Source: Cyanophora paradoxa CCMP329 (Eukaryota > Plantae > Glaucophyta). Taken from it: 64,000 nt of DNA. The position numbers were made by a program, and so were the translations under genes. Location: contig QPMI01000239.1 in NCBI GenBank assembly GCA_004431415.1, positions 1 through 64,000 on the forward strand, in the 5' to 3' direction. Under the pieces are notes generated by a model that made no database searches, was not told where the DNA came from, and saw only the letters and a program-made list of their open reading frames with translations. This document shows, piece after piece, positions 1 to 12,339 of the stretch (position 1 is its first letter; every line of letters begins with the position of its first letter).

Positions 1-3000
1 GAGGAGGGAGTCGGGGCGGGCGAGGAGCGCCGCCGGGCTCTCCAGCTCCGCACCCGCCCGCCTCCAGCACCAGGATCCGGTCGCTGCGCGGCCCCGCTGG
101 CAAGGCGCGGGGCGGGGCGGGGCGGGGCGGGGCGGCCTGTCCATGACGGTGTTGAGCGGTGGGCGATGTGAGCACCGTGCTCCCCGCGAATGCTCCCCTG
201 CGCCCCCGAGGAGGGGCGTCGGGCAGGGCCGGGGGCCGGGGCCGGGCCGGGGGCGGACGGATGGTGCGCGGATGAGGGCGTCCGTTCGACGTCGATGTTC
301 GCCGTCGCCTCGTCGAGGACGAGGACGCGGGCCGCCGCAGCAGCCCGCGCGCCAGGCACACAAGCTGGCGCTGCCCACGCTCAGGTTTCCCCCCCTTCCG
401 CCACCTGCCCGCCCCGGCGCTCCCGCTCAGGCGGGGGGCGGCGGGGGGCGCGGGGGGCGCCGTGGCGTCGAGGCGGCCGGCGAGGGCCTCCACGGCGGGC
501 GCAGGCGGCAGTGCTCCAGCGCCGCCCACAGCTCCTCGTCGCTGCACAGCGCTCCTCAGCGCGCCCCGGGGCAGGGCGGGGCGGGCGGGGGCGCCTGCGG
601 GAGGCGGTGGGGTCGAGGTTCTGGCGGACGCTCCCCGAGAAGAGGACGGGGTCCTGGGGGATGATCCCCAGGCGGGAGCGCAGCGTCCCGCAGCCCGACG
701 CCGGCGATGTCGAGGCCGGTCGATGGCGGGCCTCGCTCGCCTCCACCAGCCGGAAGAGCGCCAGCATCAGGCTGCCGCCCCGACGCTCAGCGCGCGGCGG
801 CCGGCGCGGCGGCGCGGCGGCGCGCCTGCTCTTGCCGGCCCCCGTGCGCCCACGACGCCGATCTGCGCCGAGCCGGGCGGCTCAGGGCGGGGGGCAGGGG
901 AGGGCGGGGAGGGGGGCGCGCCTTCTCGCCCCGCGGATCTCGAGACGCTGACGCCGCGCAGCACGGGCTCCAGGCCCGCGGGGCGCCTCGGGGGGCCTCC
1001 CCACGGTGCGGGCCGGGGGGCGCGCCTGGCGGTAGCGCATGTGGAGGTCGGTGACGGCGATGGCGCCGGCGGCGGGCCAGGCGGCCGGCGGCCGTTCGCC
1101 TCGACCACCTCGGGGCTCGGTCGGCAGCCCGCTGTACTCCAGCATGCGCTGCCCCGCGCTCGCCTCGAGCCGCCCCGCGCGGCGCCGGGGGCGGGGCCGG
1201 CGCCGCGCACCTCGACGGCGTTCATCTTGGCCTCGAGCTCCGCCCCGAAGCGCACCGACATGCTGCGCCGGCCTCGCCAGGCGCCGTGGGGGGGAGGGTG
1301 CGGCGGGGGGGGGGCCTGAGGGTCTGGGTATGCCGAGAGTATGATCACGAGGCCGGCCGTGCCTGCGCGGAGGCGTCGGCGCGCCCCCGCGAGGCGAATC
1401 GTGCGCGCGCGCAAGGCGGACCGGGGTTGAGGTTGCCGTCTCTGCCGGCGACAGCGAGGGACGCGACAAGGACAGGACCGTGGAGCCCAGCACGTCGAGC
1501 CGCAGTCCCAGCCTGCGCCCCGCCCCACTTCGGCGGGGCCCCGAGGGGGCTGGCGGGGCGGGGCGGCCAGCGTTCGCCGCCTGCAGCGCGTCGAAGGCCC
1601 TGCGGGCGCACGGCGGCGCGGGGTCGGACAGGCGGCCGGCGGCGGTCGAGCGCGCGGGCGGACCGGTTGTTCTCGTCCAGGCGGGCGTCGTTCGTCCGCA
1701 CGAAGCGCTCCTGCACGCCGTACGCCCTGCGCACGCGCCGGCGGGGCCGGGTCATCGGCGAGGGCGGAGGGAGAGGAGGAGCGGGGTACCGGATGGTGGA
1801 GACGCCGGCGAGGGTCTCTGCCCGGGGCGGCCCCGCGGGGTGAGGGGGACGGGGCGGCTGGAGGGGCGGCCGGGTGGGGGGTGGGAGGTGGATAGGGGGC
1901 ACCGGAAAATGGTTGTAGACGGGACTCTTGGAGACGGACTGGCGGCGGGGTGAGGAGGGGTGAGGAGGGCGGCCGGAATGCGGGGCGGGGGAAAGGGCGC
2001 CTCGAGCGCGTGGATCGGTGGAGGTGCGGCGGTAGAAGCGCTGCAGCATCACGTAGAGCGCCCCCAGCGGCGCCAGCGCCAGCAGCAGCCAGGGGAAGAC
2101 CGCGCAGATGATGCAGACGATCGAGAGCACTGCCCCCGCCCCGCCCCGCCCGCCTCGCCCCAGGGCGAGGGCCGGCAGGGCCCGAGCGGGGCGGGGCGGC
2201 GCACGTGCGAAGGCGTTGCCGAGGAACTGCTCGCGGACATCGCCACGAACTGGTCCACCTGCGCGCGGGACGAGGATTAGAAAGGCGAGCGGATCGAGCG
2301 AGACGGGGGCGAGGGGGGTGCACACCTGGTCGGTGTCCTTGGAGAAGCGGTTGAGGATGCGCCCGATCGGCGTCGTGTCGAAGAAGGACATCGGGCAGCG
2401 CAGGACCCTTCCGAGGGGGCAGGCGGTCAGGCCGGGGAGACCGACGAGGCGGCGGGAGCGGGCCGGGGGCACCGGGCGAGCATGGCGTCAAAGAGGCGGC
2501 GGGCGGCGAGGACGGTCACGCGCGCGAAGCCGTACGAGGCGCAGCGCCGCCAGGGCGAAGGCCGCGCCCCAGGCCCCTGCAGGCGACAGTTCGAGGGCGG
2601 GAGGGCTCAGCAAGGGGCCGGGGCCGGGGCGGGGCACCGTAGAGGCCGAGGTAGAAGCCCTCGCCGGGGTCCGCTGCGCGGCGCCCCGCCCCGTCAGCCC
2701 CGCCCGAGGGCGGCGAGGGCGCGAGGGGGCGGCCTTGATCTGGCGGCCCGTCCACAGGCTGAGCCAGATGTCTGCGCGCCCCCCCCCGATGAGGCAGGGC
2801 GGGGGCAGGGCAGAGTGGGGAGCCGGGGCGGGGCACCGCCGCCGGCCTGGACGGCCTGGTGACGGCGTAGAGGGCGAGCACGGCGCCGGCCGCCAGGGCC
2901 CCCCGCCGCCCCGAAGTACCCGCGGTACACCGACCACGCACCTTCCCCGAGGCCCGCTCCTCCGCCTTGACGAGCCGCGGGTCCGCAGCCGCCCCGGCCC

Positions 3001-6000
3001 GCGTCGCCATCGCGCCGCCCCGCCTTCCCCGGGCCGGCACCGTTCCCGTTGACGACCTCCGCACCCTCCCGCGTCTTCTCTTCGCCTCGGCCTCGGCGCC
3101 GCCCGGCCTCGGCGCCGGCCCCGGCCTCGGCCTCGTCGTCCCCGTGCCCGCCGTGCGCCGCGACGAGCGCCGCGAACTCCTGCGCCGGCGCGGCGGCGCC
3201 CCGCGATCGGCCCAGGAGTGCGGGCGCCTGGCGGGGCCGGGGCGGGCGCACGCCGGCGGCGGCGACGAGCTGGGCGTAGGTGCCGGCTCGACGACGCGCC
3301 GGCCTTGAGGACGTAAGACGGCTCCGCGTCGGGCAGGTAGTGCAGCTGCCCGCCCCCCGCGTCAGGGGCCCCCCGGGCGGAGCGCCCGCAGCGGACTCGC
3401 CTGGTTGGTCACCAGGACCCGAGTCTTGCCCTTCAGCGCCCCTGCGCGCCCCTGAGCCGCCGGCGCGGGGCCGGGGCCACTCGCGGGTGCGCGGGGCGGA
3501 CCGCGCGGATGCAGTTGTCGAAGAGGTGGCGCCCGACGTGCGGGTCCACCGCGCTCAGCGGGTCGTGTCAGTACTGCCCCCCGGCCTCGGCTCCCGGGGC
3601 GCGGCGCGTGCGAGGCGGCGCACCGTCGGCGTCGGCGTAGACGGCCCGGGCGAGGCTCACGCGCTGCTTCTGCCCGCCCGAGAGGTTGATCCCCTTCTCT
3701 GCGCCCCCGCGCGTGCTCGGGGCGAGGAGGCAGGGATCCGGCGGGGGGCGGGGGCGGGATGCGGGGCGCGGACCGCCGATCTCGGTGAGGTGGCGGGCGG
3801 GGAGGGCGGCGACGTCGCGCTCGAGGGCGCACGCCGCCACCACCGCCATAGCGCGCCTCGTCGTACCCCTCGCCGACTGCCGGGGGGGTCCGTATGCCGG
3901 CAGGGCGGGGGGCGGGGGTGGGGGCGCGGGGGCGCGGGCCGCACAGAGGATGTTGTCGCGCAGCGTCGCGTTCACGATCACGCCTGCGGGGGCGGGGGAG
4001 CGCGCTCGAATGCGGGCCTCTCGCTCCCTCGGTGGGAGGGGCGCCGCGGTGACCTGCTGGGCGACGAGGGCGACGCGGCCGGCGACGCGGGCCTCCCCGC
4101 GCCGCGCGCGATGTCCCCAGCAGCGCCGCCACCAGGCTGTCTTCCCGGAGCCCACCTGCGCGGGGCGAGCGGCGCCTCTCCCCTCTCGCTCCCTCGCCCC
4201 GCGGCTGGAGCGGCGGCGGCGTGGGCGCACCGGCCCGACGACGGCGACGAGCTGCCCCGGCCTCGCCTCGAAGTCGATGTCCTGCCGGGCGGGGGGTTCA
4301 GCGCCCGGCCCGGCATCGCCTGAGATCGTCTCGAAGGGAGACGTGCGCACCTGGAGGGTCGGGGGCGGGGGGAGCCACTCGGCGCGGGCGGCCGCCTGCG
4401 CGCGGGCCTCAGCGATCGCGGGGGCGACGCCAGCCGCTGGAGGTGGCGGGCGAGGGCGCACCATCTCCTCATCAGCCGCCCCCGCCTTCTGCTTCGCTCC
4501 TTGTCTTGGGCGCCACCAGCAGGCGCCTGCGCAGGCGCGCAAGGCCGCGAAAAGTACGTCTGGGCCGAGGCGAGCGCGCCTGCGCGGCGTGGAGGGCGCC
4601 GGCGGCAGGGCGGGAGCGCGGGGCCGCCGCTGGAAGGCGGCGGGGGCGGCTCCGTCTCCCACGCGAAGGTCCCTGCGGCCGCCGCGAGCTCGCTGGGCGG
4701 CCGGCAGGGCCCCGGGGGGGGCGGGGCACCGCGGGAGATGCGGGGGAGGGGGCCTCGGCGGGGGCGAGGGAGCGGTCCGGCCGCTCGCACTCAGGCAGCA
4801 GCAGGAAGGCCGTGATCTGAGGGCCGTCGGCCGCGGCCGCCGGCGCGGGAGGGGCGGCGCGCACGCGGCCGACGGCGACGTGCGCTTGCGCAAGCATGGC
4901 GATGATCATCTGCAGGGCGGGGGAGGCCGCCGTGAGCGGGCATGTGGGCCGTGCGGGAAGGGCCGCAGGAGGGCGCACGGGGAGGAAGGTCATGGGCATG
5001 CGGAGGACCGAGAAGAGGGCCAGCGCCGTGTAGATCTGCGCGGGGGCGGCCGCGTCGCGCCCCGCCTCGAGCCCGCCCCGGCCGCCCCGGCGCACCTTCT
5101 CGGGCCGCATGGGGCCGCCGGTGAGCGAGTACGTCGCGAGTCACCTGGGGGCGGGGGGCTCCGGGTCGAGGCGAGGAGGGGGCGGAGCGGCGGGCGGGCG
5201 CACGCCGGAGTGAGGACCGGGGTGGCGATGACGAGGAGCGAGAACCGCCCGGATGTACGCCTGCCCCGGAGCTCAGCCGCGCGGGCGCGCGGGCGAGCCG
5301 GGGCGGGGCGGGGCGGGCGCCTGGGAAAGGAGGATGCCGCACTCGCGGGCGCGGAGGGAGCCCGCCCGCTCCCGGAAGAACTGCCCCCCCGCCCCGGCCC
5401 CGTCAGCCCCGCAGCGCGCGCCCGCGAGCAGCGCCCCGCCGGCCCCAGGCGGACCTGCTCCCTGCGCGCCCCGGCGGGTCAGAATCCCGGGGGGCGGGGG
5501 AGCGGGGCGCGGGGCGGACCAGGCGTAGAGCTTGATGACGCGGATGCCCTGGAGCACCTCGTTGACGGTCTTGACCCGCTCGTCGCTGCCCGCCCGCAGG
5601 CGCCCCGCTCGACCCCTGCACGTCCCCCGCGCCTCGCCCCGCGCACCTCATCTTGGACTGCCCGGCGCGAAGCTTCTGCGTCTTCGTCGCGAGGAAGGCT
5701 GCCGGCCCCCGGCTGATTCGATGGGGGAAGAGGGGAGGGAGCAGAATCCACGGGGTACGCCGCACCGTTGAGGGGAATGAGGCTTATCACTGTAGCGACA
5801 CCCACGAGGGCCTGCCGGGGTGAAGACTAAGGGGGTACACGATACGCCGGGGGCGGGGGTGGGGCGGGGGCGCGCCTGCCACCCGATCACCCAGACCAGC
5901 AGCACCAGCGCCGCTGCGGCCCCGTGACCCGTGAGAAGACCGCGGGGACGGGAAGCGAGGTGGGGAATGGCCGCACTGATGATGATCAGTGGCGCGATCC

Positions 6001-7336
6001 AGGCGAGGTGGAGCTGTACCCCCTGGAGTGAGCCGGGGCGGGGGCGTCTGAGGGGCACGGCGCACAAAGAAGGCCATCTCGGAGAAGCGCTGGCAGTCCG
6101 ACGCCATCAGGTTCGTGATCTGGCGGCGGGGCAGTCAGGGAGGCGGGGGGGGGCTGCGGGGCCGGGGGCCCCGGGCGGGGCGGCGGTCGCCTGGCCGACG
6201 GTGGAGCGCTGGCGGGAGGCGCCGTCGATGAGGAGGCTCTTGCGGTAGATGAGCGCCGACGTCGCGCTCCGCAGCTGCCCCGCCCTCAGCCCCCGCCCGC
6301 CCAGGGCCGGGGCGAGGCCGGGGGGCACCGTCATGCCCATCCGCGCCACCGCCAGCAGCGCTTGCTGCACCCGCCGGGATCAGACCCGAGTGGAAGAAGG
6401 GAGAAGGAGGGAGGGGGAGGTTAAGGGGGGGGGGGAGGGGGAGGGGGGGAGGGGGGAAGGGGCACCTGATTCATAAGGCTGGAGCCAACGGGTACGATGA
6501 ACAGGGCAGCGGCGAGCCCATACCTGTACCGGGGGGTCACGCATTGAGCCCATACCTGTACCGGGGGGGTCATGCGCATCCAGCGTACCCCCGTGAACGC
6601 GGCGCGAACGGATCTGCGAAATATGCAAGTATCTGCCGATCAAGAGATCCTTAGGGAGACGGCACGTTGATAACCGATCAGTGCTTCCTCAGCACCTCGT
6701 GCATGATCATAGAGCTGCGCAGGCGCGCCGCAGCTCAGTAAGCGCCGGATCCGGATCAAGCGGCGGGCAGCGCGATGAAACTCGAGCGCACTTGACGACC
6801 AGGGAGCCTGCGCAGAGGAGTCAAATTCACCCACGCGGAAGCGGCACCGGCGTAGGCCCGGGCTAGCTATAGCTAGGCGCGAACCGTAGAAGGAAAGTTG
6901 ACACACGCCCGTCCACAGAAGCGTGAAGCGATGCGCGCGCCAGATGGGGCGGTACAACGACGGCTTCTTCCCAGTCTCTGTCGCGCGCCGCTGCTCGGCG
7001 TCCCATTCACGTGCGAACCGATCGCAGACGCCCGCCGTGCGCAAATCGCTCCTCAGCGAGGGCAGGTCCTCGTGCTCGAGTGTAGTACGATATCCGCTGC
7101 AGTGCGCAATGAGCGCACGCGTGGGCTCAAGGCGCACGGCTCGCCCGAGGCCGGCCACGTGCGCCTCACGGCGCTGGGTCTGAAGAGCGCGCGGGGGTTC
7201 AAAAGCGGGCGGTGGCGCACCGTGCGAGGAGGCCGCTTATCCAGAGGTATGCAACGCGTGAAACGAACGTCGCGCGCTCCTCGGGGCTTCCCTCTCGCTG
7301 CGCTTCGTCCTTCTCGAGATCCGGCGTCGGAGCCAT
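1..7336 (-). CDS. ABC transporter C family (MRP-like, short form without TMD0), multi-exon, 3' end runs off the window
   Basis: ATG at 7336 gives MAPTPDLEK...[23 protein letters not shown]|[12 protein letters not shown] (ABCC lasso motif). NBD1: VGSGKT and [22 protein letters not shown]2: [20 protein letters not shown]2: [35 protein letters not shown] and IAHRLNTVMD. Several single-base indels break the frame in about 1-5600. Confidence 0.93.
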
Positions 7337-7773
7337 CGCTCCCAACGCTCGGCAAGCGCGCAACGCTCAGCTGCAGCACTGGCACCGGCGGGCCTCGACT
7401 TTGCAGTTGCCGTACCCGGGACTCGGGGGGGGGGGGGGGAGGGCGCGGCAGTCGGCCGCGGCCGCGGCCGCGGGCCGGCCGGAGACCGCGGGCCGGGGAC
7501 CGGCCGGGCTGGGACGCTGATTTCTTTCGAGCTCAGCTGCGCATATGCATCACTGAGTTATGCTATGATGCATATGGCCAGTGGCATGCCGGCCGCAGTG
7601 CGCATGCAGGCCTAGGGCGCCCCTGGCCGCCATGGCCACGCGTATACGTACGGCCGAATTCGAATGCTTTCATGCTTACATCACCGTTAATTATCATAGT
7701 ATACGTGCAGCTATATATAGCTAGACTTATAGCTAGAATTCGAGGCTTAATTTGGGACCGTCGGACGCTAGAT

Positions 7774-10700
7774 CTAGAAGGAAAGCCGCTTTTTGCCGCG
7801 GCAGGGCTTCTCATTGACATCTTGCACCTGGTCTTCATGTGCCGGGCCCCCTTCGGCACGCCTGCGCCGCCGGGGCTTCGCCGTTGTCCCTGGCGCGCTC
7901 GCGCTGGGCCCGGCCTGGCTGCTGTCGACCGTGAGGGCCACCGCCGCCAGGAAGAGCTGCTTGGAGCGCGAGGGCGTCGGCGGGGCCGGCTTCGGGAGCG
8001 GTGGCGGGGCCGGCTGGACCCCGGACACCATGTACGCCTCCAGGCACCGCGCGAGCTCCGGCGCGTGGGTGCTGGGGCAGGGGCAGGCCCCACACGCGCC
8101 GACGGGCTCGCCCCCTTGGAGGGGTACGCGCCCCCTCGACTCCACCAGCTCGTCGTGGCCGCAGGCCGCCACATGGAGGGCGGCCCTGCTCGGCGGCACG
8201 GGCGCCGGCTCGGCCGCGGGCCGACTCCAGCAAAGTTTGCAGGAAGCGGCGGGAGCAGTCCCGAGCCGCAGAGAGAAGGCGAGAGGCCGGGTCGCCAGGT
8301 TGTGGAGGGACCAAGACGCAACGAGCACGCTTTTCGCACGCGTTGCAGCGACGTACAAGTGGTTTATTTCCTCTAAAGAGCGAGGTCAGATCTAGATCTA
8401 GAAATGTGGAAGTTGAGAGCAAGGGTGTTGAGAGGCGGACCGCGGTGGGTAGGATCCCGCCCGATTTCCTGCGGAGACCGGAGCCGGGCGCGGGAGCCGG
8501 TGGCCTCCTCCTCCCTAGTTAAGCGCGCCTGCAGGCATGGAGGGACCCAACGTCAACGGCTCCGCCCACTGATGCGAGTGCGCTGCGGCAAAACGGGTGC
8601 ACCTCGAAGCAGGGCATGAAGTCATTGGCGAGGACAACCCTGTTGAGGCCCCGGCCCGGCCCCCGGCCCCCGATCGGCGTGCTCTCCCGCAGTTCTAGCT
8701 TCGAGGGGGGAGAGGGGGGCGGACCTCTCGAACTCGCGGCCCTTGGCCTGGTGGACGGTGGTGAGGGTGACATCGGCCTCCTCCTCGCACGAGACGACCG
8801 CACTCTTCACCCGCTCCACCTGTCCCCGCGAACGCGCCCGTGAGAAGGGTGCTGACGGCAGGCAGGCGGACGCGGGGGAGGTGGTACTGCGCGCGGGCTA
8901 CCATGTTCGGAATGGCGTCGCCGTGCTCCTTGACGACCTGCCGGGGCGCTTCGGACGCGAGAGGGAGCGGGGGGCGAGCTCGCCACGCGCCTGGATGGCG
9001 CGGAGGATCTCGATGTCCTGCGAGTCCTCCGCGAAGGCCTCCAGCTCCTTGAAGCTCTCGAAGCGCTTGAACTTGGCGTGGCCCTCCCTCTTCACCGTCC
9101 AGTGCTCCCCCTTCTTGATCAGGTACACGTCCTGCTCGAGGGCGGCGATGAGAGATCTAGACCTAGAGCTCGCACGGGACGGATTCGCATGCGCGCGCGC
9201 GAATTCGAACCAGGACGTCTCGCATGAGCGCGTTGACTACGGAGCTGCCGTCGCTGCCCGCGCGCCCGAGGAAGAAGAGGCGCGTGTCCGGGTTCGTCAT
9301 GGCCAGCCGCGACGCCATCCTGAGCCCGCTCGCTCAGAGGCCTCTCTGGCGGGCGCTGCGGGTCGGAAGCACTTGAATAGCCCCGCGTTGCTGCGACCGA
9401 TGTACGTGAACGGCACATCAACCGGCTGTACGCGTGCAGGCGTTGCAATCAGCTTCAGAGAGACAAATCCAGACCAAAGAAGCAGATCGCTCGTGTAGCC
9501 GCACCCGCCATTGGAGGGCATCGAGCTCCACGATCTTTTTCGGGGCTAGAACAATGCCAGGCATACCCCCAGGCCGGCCTTGCACGGGGTATATCTGCAA
9601 GCGAGTGACTCGTGTGTAAAGGATCCGGAAGCGAACAACGAACAGCGAACCTCGCGCTTGAAGCGTCGGAGAGGGAGGGAGGCGAAGGCGGCAACGGCGT
9701 CGCCGAATCTGCGCGCACGAAGGTCAGAAGCGGGGCCGGAGAGGCGGGCGGCGAAGCACGAGCTGGAGACCGGAAGGAGCGGGTGAGGTGGAGTGTGCGC
9801 CACGCCTCCATGTGCGAGAGGGCATCGATGGAGAGGCGGAAGCCGTAGATCTGCACCCGCGCACGGCCTCGAATCGAAGCGGGCAAATGGGGCGCGGAAC
9901 GCAAGGCACCTGCTGGTGGGGGTCCCCGACGGCGATGCGGGCGGCCTCCTGATTCATGAAGACGTGGGCAAAGCAAGGGTTGCTGTCCTGCGCCTGCGCA
10001 CGGCGGTGAGGAGGGCGAGGCCGCTGAGCGGGGGGCAAGTGTGCGGTCAAAGGCGCGCCTCGTCGAGGAGGATGCAGTCGTAGGGCCGGCCCTGCTGGTC
10101 GAGGATCTGCGGGGCCCCGCCGTCCTCGCCGGAGAGCTGCCAGAGCTTGAAGTACGTGTCGTGCGTTGCCTTGACCTGCGCCCCCGCTCGCGATTACGGG
10201 CGCCAGGTCTAGATCTGGCAGACGCGCGCTCCTCAGGCGCGCACCTCGAGGTCGCTCGGATCCGCCATGCGGGCCCAGTAGCGCTGGGCGTTCTCGAGGA
10301 TCTCGTCCCGATCGGGGCGCTCGGCTGCCTCGGGCGGGAGATGCTGGCTGCCGATCTCCCGGTCCGCCGACGACGTGAAGGTGACAAGGAGGTCCCGCAC
10401 GAAGCCCGCCCGTTGCCACTGCCTCTTCTGCTCCGGGCGGCCCTGCGTTGGAGCGCGGAGCAAGTCAGTGCGAGCCGCCGCCGAGCGAGGAGAGGCGCGC
10501 ACGCCGCCCTGCCCTCGGAAGAGGAAGTTCTTGATCTCGGTGGCGGTCAGGCTGCCCTTCGTGATGAGCTTGCCCTGGAACAGGCACCCGACCGTCTGGT
10601 ACGCCAGCGAGTGGTACGTCCGCACCTGCTCGCGCTTCAGAATGCGAGTGCGCTGTTCGGACGTGGATGGCCGCACTGCAACGTTCGGTAGGTCTGAGGT

Positions 10701-11956
10701 GCGGCGCTCCATCTCGTCCACCGTGGACCGGTTGAAGCAAGTGTAGAGGAACCTCATGCGCGGGCGCCGGCGGATGTACTCAACGAGCACAGCGGTCTTG
10801 CCCGTGCCGGCGAAGGCGATCACCTGCACAGATAGTCAGCGGGGGGAGATCACGTGGAGAGGGGCGAGAGGAGGGGCGGGGGGGGGAGGGGGGGGGGGGG
10901 GGGCGGGGGAGCAATCACAGACCTTCATGATCTCTCCGGGGGGGACGTCGGTCTCGACGACCCGTCGCTGCTCGTCCGTGAGCCGCAGCCGACCTGGCTC
11001 TTGCTCAGGCTCCTGCTCTTCCTCCGTGCGTTCTCCCAACCAAGAGCCCATGCTCCGCATTGCCTCGAACAGGGCATACGCTGCGGGCTAGAGGTTGAGC
11101 TCGCGGTGTACCCCCTCGAGAGAAAGGCGTACCCTGCTGTGAGAACTCGTAGGCATAGCGGTCGGAGAGGAAGACGCAGAGGAGCGCCGAGCCGAACTCC
11201 AGCGCCGCCAATCGTCCGAAGTGCGGATCCTTTTTATCCTGTGAAACGTTGACTTCAGCAGGGCATGGAGAGCTCGAGGACCGAGGGACGGGCCGCGCAC
11301 CGAAACGGGCACGGCAAAGCGCTCGATCGCTGAAAGGAGCTGCAGGGCGTCCGAAGGACGGCCGCAAGCGAAGCTGAGGGCGGCGCACTCGCCGGGTCTG
11401 CCGGCAGAGCCTTGTCCTAGCGCCCAGCTCGCCATCTCACGGGCCGCGGCAAGCGTCTCCTGCTCGCCATCGCTGAAAGCCGGGATGGACGGCCCGGGGA
11501 CGACCCAGCTTTGAGAGAAAACCGCATCCACCCAGCGGATAATACCGTCCAAAGTGTTACACATCCACTCTCCCTCAACCAGCTCCGAAGCGCGCCGAGC
11601 AGCCGTAGAATCAGGTCCGTCTGCCGCCAGCCGCTCTGCCTGTGCACGCGAGACAACCGCACGACATGTCAATTTTAACGCGGCCGCGAACGCGAAGCGT
11701 CCGAGGCGTCAAGGCGCTGCGCACCAGGCGCCGGTACCGAGACATGCTTTTTATTTCCTCCAGGATCGCATTCCATTGCCTCGAAACGAGCCTGCACGCG
11801 TCGATTGGGTTTTCGGCGGTCGCCTCGATCTTTGACACAATCGCACCGCGCTTGCGCGATGGTCTCCGGAGACAGTAAATCTTGCAGGACCTTGCGCACT
11901 AAGTCATCGGAAAGCCCGTCGAAGGAGCCGACTGGCGCCGTGGCGCTGTTGCCCAT
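7774..11956 (-). CDS. FBH1: F-box DNA helicase 1 (UvrD/SF1 helicase with N-terminal F-box), multi-exon
   Basis: F-box: FDGLSDDLVRKVLQ...ARLVSRQWNAIL. Helicase motifs in order: LTDEQR (Q motif), AFAGTGKT (Walker A), RTYHSLA, ILLDEAQD, VGDPHQQIYGFR, LTRSFRFG, TTVHQAKGREF, LYVAATRAK. Confidence 0.9.
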
Positions 11957-12339
11957 AGCCGCTAAAGCTCGCCGAAAACCGCGCGGGGTGGCGCGATACG
12001 ATAGAACGAAACTGCGCTGTGCTTGCTCTACCCGTAAATGACCCCGGAAGGCGCGGGAGGCCTCGAGCTCTAGCTACTTGCTCGAACAAAAGAAAGACTT
12101 CGACCGGTGCCGAACCCGTTATTGGGGGAAAGGGGGTACTACGGTACAGCTAGGTCCTCCTCCGCTCCTACCGCAGCGCAGTTTCGATTTAGAGCTAGAG
12201 CTCGATCGCCGGGGCGTACGTCTGAATCAAATTGCATTTAACGGAGGACGTCTTGCGCACGTGCTCTCTCAAGCTCGAGCTGAGCTCAATCTCAGCCTGG
12301 CAGAGCTTTAGGCCGCCAAAGCGAGCTCGAGCGGAAGAA

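Noticed and set aside
1-5600. ABCC gene as a pseudogene because of frameshifts
   Set aside because: The breaks are single-base losses, mostly in short runs, while all motifs remain intact. This is more consistent with long-read consensus error; raw reads are needed to settle it.
11939-11956. N-myristoylation-like start (MGNSAT) on FBH1
   Set aside because: A short motif that occurs easily by chance, with no supporting Cys or basic patch, on an expected nuclear enzyme.
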